Under the pieces are notes generated by a model. The model was not told the origin of the DNA, made no database searches, and saw nothing but the letters and a program-made list of their open reading frames with translations. DNA of 14,107 nt from Candidatus Odinarchaeota archaeon (lineage in GTDB: Archaea > Asgardarchaeota > Odinarchaeia > Odinarchaeales > Odinarchaeaceae): assembly GCA_038826135.1 (NCBI GenBank), contig JAWBON010000002.1:30268-44374 (forward strand), read 5' to 3'. Positions 7,284 through 13,830 of the stretch are shown here, one piece after another. The position numbers were made by a program, and so were the translations under genes. Within the stretch, counting starts at the first letter, position 1; each line of letters begins with the position of its first letter.

Positions 7284-7632
7284 TCTGATCACCATCCGCG
7301 TGATCTCAAATCTAACACTACCAATACCTGGGTTAAAATAATACCCGGTTTTCGAGCAGAGGCTCATCCTTCACAACTCTATTAAATCTAAACGTGTTTT
7401 AAAACTATAAGCTTTAATTAATCTAAGCCTTTCCTTATCGAATAATATTTTTTAAAGGTGTGTTAATAGGCAATGTAGCCAGATTATTTAAAACATATTT
7501 AAATCAGCATCTTGTTTTTAACTCTAATTTTTCCTTCTCCCACCTATTTATACATGTTTAAATCCATTATCTTTTTAAAATAAACCCTCAAATATCCATA
7601 TTAGTTTATCTCGATTACGAGTCAACCGTACA

Positions 7633-7647
7633 GTTATTAACAATAAC
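7633..7647. promoter_or_regulatory. 6-3-6 palindrome upstream of the ACT-hom operon, candidate operator
   Basis: GTTATT-aac-AATAAC, perfect 6-bp arms, ending 26 nt before the TTG start at 7674. Confidence 0.3.
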
Positions 7648-7673
7648 ATATTACTATATGGCTGGTGTTTTAA

Positions 7674-8168
7674 TTGAGGGGTATGATAATAGTTGAGTTA
7701 TCTGATAGACCTGGGCAGTTAGCTCGTATAATAACTCCTTTAGCTGAATGCGGATGTAATATTCTGAACGTACATCATGTAAGAGAGCTTGATAAAGAGG
7801 ATGTAGCAAGAGTTGAAATCACCTTTGAAACTGATAATAAACTGAATGTGGATGAAGTAGTTGACTCGCTTAGAAAAAACGGTTTAACAATTATAAGTTA
7901 CAGCCCGAATATTCAAACTTTCAGGGAGACTATAATCCTGATAGGACATGTTTTCACAACAGATATCACTGATACAATAATACAGATAGCTAACAGTGGA
8001 ATACAGGTGGCCAGCGTTGACGCCCGCATCACTTTAATAGAGGAGGTTTCATCGGTGAAAATGGTTCTACAAAGCAGTTCTGAAGATAAACTGAGCAGAG
8101 GCATTGAACTTTTAAAACAGATATGTAAAAAGAAGAACCTGTATATGATAAGGAGCGTTAGAGAATGA
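7674..8168 (+). CDS. ACT-domain protein, predicted allosteric subunit of homoserine dehydrogenase (COG2061-like)
   Basis: ACT motif VELSDRPGQLARIITPLAECGCNILNVHH, second ACT-like half IILIGHVFTTDITDTI; ATGA overlap with hom; GGTGT SD 5 nt before TTG. Confidence 0.88.
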   Translation: MRGMIIVELSDRPGQLARIITPLAECGCNILNVHHVRELDKEDVARVEITFETDNKLNVDEVVDSLRKNGLTIISYSPNIQTFRETIILIGHVFTTDITDTIIQIANSGIQVASVDARITLIEEVSSVKMVLQSSSEDKLSRGIELLKQICKKKNLYMIRSVRE

Positions 8169-9163
8169 GGATAGTTATTATAGGTTTCGGGACGGTTGCT
8201 AAAGCGCTTATAAAAGTGTTGGCTGATAAGGCACCGCTTATCGAATATGAACACGGGGTTAAAGTCGATGTAATAGCCGTGTTTAAGCGAGACGGTGCTT
8301 TCATAAATAATAAAGGTTTAGATTTAAAACGTGTTATCACATTAAAAAAATATGTTGAAGACCGTGATTGGGTTAGCTCCGCTGATTTTAAGAAGGTTAT
8401 AGATGATTTAAAATGTGAATGCCTTGTGGAACTCACTCCCACTAATGTTGAGACTAGTGAGCCGGGTTACTCTCATATAAGAACCGCTTTAGAGCATGGA
8501 ATGAACGTTGTTACAGCTAATAAAGGGCCTTTAGCATTATACTATCCTGAATTAATGGAGTTAGCCCGTCAAGTTAACAGGAAAATACTGTTTGAAGCGA
8601 CAGTTGCTGGGGCTATCCCTGTTTTCAATCTTGTGAGAAACACGTTGAGAGCTAACAGAATACTATCTGTGAAAGGTATTTTGAACGGTACAACCAATTA
8701 CATACTGTCACGTATGACTAGTGAGAAACTACCGTTTAAAACAGTTTTAAAAGAGGCGCAGAAACTCGGCTTTGCGGAAGCTGATCCAACCTATGATATA
8801 GACGGGATTGACGCAGCTGCTAAACTAGTCATCTTATCTAACGCTCTACTAAAACAGAAGTGCCGGTTTAAAGATGTTAACAGGCAGGGTATAAGAGATA
8901 TAACACCTGAGGCTATTGAACTAGCCCGTAAAGACGGATTCTTAATTAAACATTTAGCTACAAACGAGGATGGTGTACTAGAAGTAGCCCCCCGTCTTGT
9001 TGAAGTCGGATCTCCCTTCGCTGTAAGCGGGTCTTTAAATGTTGTAAAACTTCAAACAGATCTTGCTAAAGACTTAACGTTGATCGGAAGGGGTGCAGGC
9101 GGTGTTGAAACAGCAAGCTCTGTGTTAAATGATATTCTTGAACTTTCCTTACTGTGTAGATAG
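8165..9163 (+). CDS. hom: Homoserine dehydrogenase, without a fused ACT domain
   Basis: GFGTVA Rossmann motif, VVTANKGP, FEATVAGAIPV, GILNGTTNYIL, LGFAEADPTYDIDGIDAAAK, GRGAGGVETAS. Confidence 0.96.
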   Translation: MRIVIIGFGTVAKALIKVLADKAPLIEYEHGVKVDVIAVFKRDGAFINNKGLDLKRVITLKKYVEDRDWVSSADFKKVIDDLKCECLVELTPTNVETSEPGYSHIRTALEHGMNVVTANKGPLALYYPELMELARQVNRKILFEATVAGAIPVFNLVRNTLRANRILSVKGILNGTTNYILSRMTSEKLPFKTVLKEAQKLGFAEADPTYDIDGIDAAAKLVILSNALLKQKCRFKDVNRQGIRDITPEAIELARKDGFLIKHLATNEDGVLEVAPRLVEVGSPFAVSGSLNVVKLQTDLAKDLTLIGRGAGGVETASSVLNDILELSLLCR

Positions 9164-9221
9164 TGTTTATTTAGGCTTATGACCAAATTAGATTATAATC
9201 AATAATTATTAGGTGTGCGCC

Positions 9222-10904
9222 ATGTCTGTGTCAAAGTATGTTTTTAAAATAATACTTGTGGGTGACGGGAGGGTTGGTAAAACATCTCTACTCTTACGGT
9301 TTACAGAGAACAAGTTTAGGGCTGAATACAAGAAAACTTTAGGGACAGATTTCGCTGTTAAAAACGTGAAGGTTAACGGCGAGGAGGTTAAACTTCAAAT
9401 ATGGGATTTAGGAGGTCAAGAACTGTTCCGTGATCTTCGTAAAGCATTTTATCCAGGCGCTAAAGCAGCTCTGATCGTCTATGATGTTACTAACAGGCGG
9501 TCTTTTGAAAGCGTTCCCGCCTGGCACGCGGATATAGTTTCAGCTCTTAAAAAAATACCTATAATCGTTGTCGGTAACAAGATTGATTTACCGAGAGACG
9601 TCTCATATCAAGATGCGAAGAGTTTATGTGACCGCCTTTCAGTGGAATATATTGAAACAAGCGCTAAACTAGATCAGAATGTTGCAGACGCTTTTCTAAA
9701 AATAGCTTCAAACGCCGTGATCTCAGCGAAAGGTCTTTCACAGAAAGCAGCACCCCCTGAACCTGTTGTCAAGATACCTGCAATAGTTGAAAAACCTATT
9801 TTAACCACACCTAAAATATTCGAATCACCTAAACATGTTTCAAGCGGTGTGAATAGTTTCTATGAATGGTTTGATAGAAACAACGATTATCTTAACTCTA
9901 TAGCAGAGGATTTGCTTACACTGGATATCTCTAAGGAAAAAGAGCTAATCCCGAATATGGAAGGTGAACTTTTTAAGTTAATAGGGGCTCACGGAATTAA
10001 CTCGTCATTGGAAGCTAATAATACTTGTCTGAGACTATACTCCGATTCTAAAAATCCAGTGTTAAGTATAATACTTGATTTAAATCTTAACAGCATCGAT
10101 TATTTTAAAAAATGTTTAATCAGCTTACTGTTAGCCGCCGTGGCTTTAAAAAAATATAATATAAATAGTAACGTGAATTTCTACATAGTATTCGGGGATT
10201 ATTCAAAAGAGGATGAAGATTATAAGGAGTATTTCAGAGAGGTTGCGAAAAAATCAGATTATACAATAATGATTGTTGAAAGAGAATTTGACTCAATAGG
10301 GATAATACCGAAAAAAACACTCTCATACACTGTAAGTTTCCAAGGGGATAAAAGCTACAGCAGCCCATATATCTTAAATAACGCTCTTTTAAAATATGTA
10401 GCCAAACTTTTTAAACAGGTTGAAGAACCGTTAGAAAAAGTCAATTTATCGAATTCGAAAATTAATATAACGTCAATAAACGGTTTCAACACTGAAACAT
10501 CATCATCCTCTATAGGTCTTGATTTTTCAGTAAACTATGCTGAAAACACTGAAAAGATTAAGCAAATGTTAAACGATGTTAAGCAAACTCTTGTCGAGGA
10601 TGGAAACCTGAAGATTGTAATAGAGGAAAATACGGATAAACTTTCACCTATGATAACTCATGAAGCGCCTTTACTACTTGTTTTAAGAGATATTATTTAC
10701 TATAATCTAGAGAGAATTGTTAGAATAACATACGAGGAGCCTTACGGTAGTATCGCAAATCTCTCCTCACTACCTAAACCCTTCGTTCTATTAGGTTTCA
10801 CTAAAATACCGCTTACTAATATTAAAACACAGGTTTTTAATGATATTATAATCCCGGCTAAAATCATCTCAGGCACTTTGATTGATTTAACAGGTAGTGG
10901 GTAA
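9222..10904 (+). CDS. Rab-like small GTPase fused via a Pro-rich linker to a degenerate M20 peptidase-like domain
   Basis: G1 GDGRVGKTS, G2 YKKTLGTDF, G3 WDLGGQE, G4 NKID, G5 ETSAK in about 9222-9722; linker 9723-9848; C-terminal ~350 aa follows the ArgE/DapE element order by manual alignment. Start ATG 9222 (GGTGT SD 5 nt upstream); ORF track uses GTG 9213. GTPase call is very secure, M20-like call about 0.65. Confidence 0.9.
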   Translation: MSVSKYVFKIILVGDGRVGKTSLLLRFTENKFRAEYKKTLGTDFAVKNVKVNGEEVKLQIWDLGGQELFRDLRKAFYPGAKAALIVYDVTNRRSFESVPAWHADIVSALKKIPIIVVGNKIDLPRDVSYQDAKSLCDRLSVEYIETSAKLDQNVADAFLKIASNAVISAKGLSQKAAPPEPVVKIPAIVEKPILTTPKIFESPKHVSSGVNSFYEWFDRNNDYLNSIAEDLLTLDISKEKELIPNMEGELFKLIGAHGINSSLEANNTCLRLYSDSKNPVLSIILDLNLNSIDYFKKCLISLLLAAVALKKYNINSNVNFYIVFGDYSKEDEDYKEYFREVAKKSDYTIMIVEREFDSIGIIPKKTLSYTVSFQGDKSYSSPYILNNALLKYVAKLFKQVEEPLEKVNLSNSKINITSINGFNTETSSSSIGLDFSVNYAENTEKIKQMLNDVKQTLVEDGNLKIVIEENTDKLSPMITHEAPLLLVLRDIIYYNLERIVRITYEEPYGSIANLSSLPKPFVLLGFTKIPLTNIKTQVFNDIIIPAKIISGTLIDLTGSG

Positions 10905-10923
10905 ACTTATTCATGTGATAGTT

Positions 10924-12519
10924 ATGGAAACTATAACCCCAGCTAAGATGAGAGAGTTAGAGCTTAACAGCGCATATATTGGTTTAAACCCTCTAATATT
11001 AATGGAGAACGCTGGCAGAGGTGCTTACGAAGAGATTAAAAAAAGATACAACCCGGATAATCATAAATTCATCGTATTCTGCGGGACTGGTAATAACGGT
11101 GGAGACGGATTCGTCATCTCCCGTCAACTGTCCTCTCATAACATAGTTGACGTGGTTCTTTTAGGTCACCCTGATAAAATATCACGGCCAGAAGCTAAAA
11201 TAAACTGGGATATTATTGAACGATTATATCAGAGAATTAGAACTCACATAGTGCTGTTCAAAGAAGATTTAAATAAAATAACACAGCTGGTTAAAGAAGC
11301 TGATGTGATAATAGACGCTATTTTAGGGACGGGTATAAAAGGCTCTCTCAGGGAACCTTTGAAAACCGCTATAAGAATGATAAATGAGTCTGAGGCTAAA
11401 AAAATATCAATAGACATCCCCTCAGGTATGGATCCGGAGTCGGGTGAAACAGCAGGTATTTCAGTGAAACCGGATTTAACTATAACATTTCACAAGGCGA
11501 AAAAAGGATTTATCGGTAATGAAAAAGTTTTAGGGGAGCTTGTAATAACGCCGATAAGTATACCTGCAGAGGTTGAACAGGTAATAGGTCCAGGTGACGT
11601 TATAACAGTTTTGAAGAAAAAAAATATTGAAAGCCGCAAAGGGGATTTCGGTAAACTGCTAGTGATCGGTGGAAGCGATAAATACCATGGTGCTCCAATA
11701 TTCTCTGCAATGGCTGCTATAAGAGCGGGGGTGGATCTTGTAATAATAGTCGCACCGGAAGCTATAGCAAATACAATTAGATCTTATACACCTAATTTTA
11801 TCGTTAGAGGATATCCGGGTAAATATTTAACAGCCGAGTCGTTGAAACACTTCCCTGATCTAATAAACTGGGCTGACGCCGTGGTTTTAGGGCCGGGTCT
11901 AGGGGTTGAAGCTGAAACTAAAGAAGCTGTTAGTAAACTATTCAAATTAATAAAGGATGCTAATAAACCCTTAGTCGTCGACGCTGACGCGATCAAAGTT
12001 TTAGCTGAAAACCACGCTATCCTAGCCGGTTCACCTACAGTTACAACACCTCATAGAGGAGAGTTTAAGCTGTTAACAGGTATAGAGATTAAAGACAGCG
12101 TAGACATAGTGAATATGATAGAGAAAATATTATCTAAGATCAGTGAATTTAATATAACGTTCATAGTAAAAGGGGCTGTTGATTTAGTGGCTAATAAAGA
12201 TTCTTTCAAACTCGATCTTTTAGGTAACCCGGGTATGACTGTCGGCGGAATCGGGGATGTCTTAACCGGTGTACTGGGCTGCTTACTATCCCAAGGTGTG
12301 AAGCCCTTCCAAGCAGCGTGTGCAGCTATATTTATAACAGGCCTTTCAGGCAATCTTATAGCTGGTAAGAAAGGCTATCATTTCACAGCCTCTGAAATGA
12401 TAGAGTACATACCTTCAGCTATAGAGGAAGTATTATCTTTTGAAAACAGTTTAAACATTACACCACCGGATAAAAAGATTTATGAGGCTCTTAAGTTTAG
12501 AAAAACTGAAATACTTTAA
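10924..12519 (+). CDS. nnr: Bifunctional NAD(P)H-hydrate epimerase/dehydratase (NnrE-NnrD fusion, YjeF)
   Basis: LMENAG, GTGNNGGDG, IDAILGTG, SIDIPSG (epimerase); KGDFGKLLVIGGS, GPGLG, VVDADA, TPHRGEF, GNPGMTVGGIGDVLTG (dehydratase). ATG 10924 has a GTGA SD 5 nt upstream; ORF track uses GTG 10897. Confidence 0.95.
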   Translation: METITPAKMRELELNSAYIGLNPLILMENAGRGAYEEIKKRYNPDNHKFIVFCGTGNNGGDGFVISRQLSSHNIVDVVLLGHPDKISRPEAKINWDIIERLYQRIRTHIVLFKEDLNKITQLVKEADVIIDAILGTGIKGSLREPLKTAIRMINESEAKKISIDIPSGMDPESGETAGISVKPDLTITFHKAKKGFIGNEKVLGELVITPISIPAEVEQVIGPGDVITVLKKKNIESRKGDFGKLLVIGGSDKYHGAPIFSAMAAIRAGVDLVIIVAPEAIANTIRSYTPNFIVRGYPGKYLTAESLKHFPDLINWADAVVLGPGLGVEAETKEAVSKLFKLIKDANKPLVVDADAIKVLAENHAILAGSPTVTTPHRGEFKLLTGIEIKDSVDIVNMIEKILSKISEFNITFIVKGAVDLVANKDSFKLDLLGNPGMTVGGIGDVLTGVLGCLLSQGVKPFQAACAAIFITGLSGNLIAGKKGYHFTASEMIEYIPSAIEEVLSFENSLNITPPDKKIYEALKFRKTEIL

Positions 12520-12570
12520 TATTTATTTAGTAGAATAAAGTAATATTCTATAAAAACAAGCGTGATGGGG

Positions 12571-13431
12571 ATGCAATTATTCGATGTGAATGATAACGGT
12601 GATCTTACCGAGATAAGCGATAGCCTCACTATAAGAGAGCATCTTAAAAGCGGCTCGGTTTTCATCATAGTCGACGATGATAAAAAGAAAATATGGATAT
12701 GGAAAGGCACTGAGGCGCCTGTACGGAAGAAATTTATAAGCGCTAGAGCCGCATCACAACTACGAGAGGAGCGTGGATTAAATTACAAGGTCTATAGTGA
12801 GGATGAAGGTGAAGAATCTGATAGTTTTCTTAAGTCTATAGGGGAGACTCCTAAACATGTTGAAGCTAAAAAACCCCCTGTAACAGAGAAGAAAACTGTT
12901 GAAAAAACGCACGCGGTTTCCAAACCGGTTGGTGAGGAGCTTAAAAGAAGTGTGGAAAGCACGCTCATAGAAAAAGAAGTAAAGGAAACAGTTGAGCCAC
13001 GACACACCCCTGTTGTTAAAAATGTAACAGAATCAGCTGAAACCACGTCTATACTTGAAAAACTTGAAACAGTTCCATTACCTAGGGGGTTTGAAAGAGA
13101 GCTTGTTATAGTCGGTAACAATATTTACACTGTTTCTGAGCATACAGTTCACTTCCTAGGTCAAAAACAGATTAAGAAAAGACTTGAAAAAGCCCCTCTT
13201 GGAACAGTGCCGGAGGGTGTTTTCCTAGCTGAGGATTACACCCCTCGAGTAATAGTGAATAACGGTGCTGTTATGGCTATTGAATTCTTAAAGAAAATGG
13301 AAGCGGTTGAGGTTCCAACAGAGGAGGTTTCATCCATAAGAGACGAGTTAAAATATAATTTAAGCGATTTAGTTGACTTCTTTAAAATCGAAATAAAAGG
13401 CAATGAATCAGATGAGAACGATGAGGGTTGA
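12571..13431 (+). CDS. Single gelsolin-domain protein with charged linker, C-terminal globular domain and acidic tail (Asgard 1DGelX-like architecture)
   Basis: LKSGSVFIIVDDDKKKIWIWKGTEAPVRKKFISARAASQL..KVYSEDEGEESDSFLKSIG fits the gelsolin repeat pattern (L.s..vFilD....iw.W.G.......A...a..l......e.eG.E...F). Then an E/K/T/V/P-rich linker and a beta-rich ~85-aa domain. ATG 12571 has a GTGA SD 5 nt upstream; ORF track uses 12562. Confidence 0.82.
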   Translation: MQLFDVNDNGDLTEISDSLTIREHLKSGSVFIIVDDDKKKIWIWKGTEAPVRKKFISARAASQLREERGLNYKVYSEDEGEESDSFLKSIGETPKHVEAKKPPVTEKKTVEKTHAVSKPVGEELKRSVESTLIEKEVKETVEPRHTPVVKNVTESAETTSILEKLETVPLPRGFERELVIVGNNIYTVSEHTVHFLGQKQIKKRLEKAPLGTVPEGVFLAEDYTPRVIVNNGAVMAIEFLKKMEAVEVPTEEVSSIRDELKYNLSDLVDFFKIEIKGNESDENDEG

Positions 13432-13434
13432 GAA

Positions 13435-13830
13435 ATGGCGGATGGTGTGAGTAAAGAACAGGCTGAAGCTTTAGCTAAGCATTTGAGCGATATCGCTATG
13501 AAATCGGATCTTGAAGCTTTAGCGGTGGTGACAAGAGAGGGTGTTAGATTAGCATTTAAAGTAGTGGGCTCTAAAAAAATTGAGCCGGATTTGATGTCCG
13601 CTATATCCGCTGCTATGCTTCATGTCGGTGAAAGCGCTGTGGAGAAAATGGGGTTGAAAGAGCTTTGGGAGGTTATAATTACAGGGGAAGAGGGTTATAT
13701 AGTTTTATCAGGGGCTGGCAGGCTTGTTTTAATAGGTTCAGGTTCAAGCTTGAAAACATTAACTAATACAGTCTCAGTTTTCAGAACATACTCTAGGAGG
13801 ATAGCGGATCTTTTCCCGTTAAAAGATTGA
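13435..13830 (+). CDS. Roadblock/LC7 (MglB/LAMTOR-like) domain protein
   Basis: 131 aa; ALAVVTREGVRLA, DLMSAISAAMLHVGESAVEKMGLKELWEVIITGEEGYIVLSGAG match the roadblock pattern; 3 nt after the gelsolin stop. Confidence 0.88.
   Translation: MADGVSKEQAEALAKHLSDIAMKSDLEALAVVTREGVRLAFKVVGSKKIEPDLMSAISAAMLHVGESAVEKMGLKELWEVIITGEEGYIVLSGAGRLVLIGSGSSLKTLTNTVSVFRTYSRRIADLFPLKD

Noticed and set aside
7280-7380. Possible C/D-box sRNA or structured ncRNA (CTGA at 7285-7288, small hairpins)
   Set aside because: No properly spaced box C (RTGATGA) / D' / C' / D arrangement on either strand; stems are only 6 bp.
7913-8442. Minus-strand ORFs 7913-8254 and 8158-8442
   Set aside because: Antisense shadows of ACT and hom.
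9191-9210. Two adjacent perfect 10-bp palindromes, GATTATAATC and AATAATTATT, upstream of the GTPase
   Set aside because: Almost pure A/T and probably just TATA-like promoter sequence; cannot be distinguished from chance without comparative data.
9828-12861. Identical 12-mer CCTAAACATGTT (PKHV) in the GTPase linker (9828-9839) and just after the gelsolin domain (12850-12861), reminiscent of the gelsolin FKHV WH2-like motif
   Set aside because: Several 12-mer matches are expected by chance in 14 kb of AT-rich DNA, the flanks do not align, and Pro replaces the key hydrophobic residue.
11784-13121. ORFs 11784-11996, 12051-12353, 12516-12710, 12778-13005 and 12792-13121 on the minus strand
   Set aside because: Antisense to nnr and the gelsolin gene; the Ser/Thr/Phe-rich composition is the expected reverse complement of a Glu/Lys-rich linker.
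13435-13830. Alternative reading of the 131-aa protein as profilin, given the adjacent gelsolin
   Set aside because: The sequence fits the roadblock pattern (VVTxEG, SAxxAAMLxxG, LxEVxIxGxxGxI) much better; only a structure model could overturn this.
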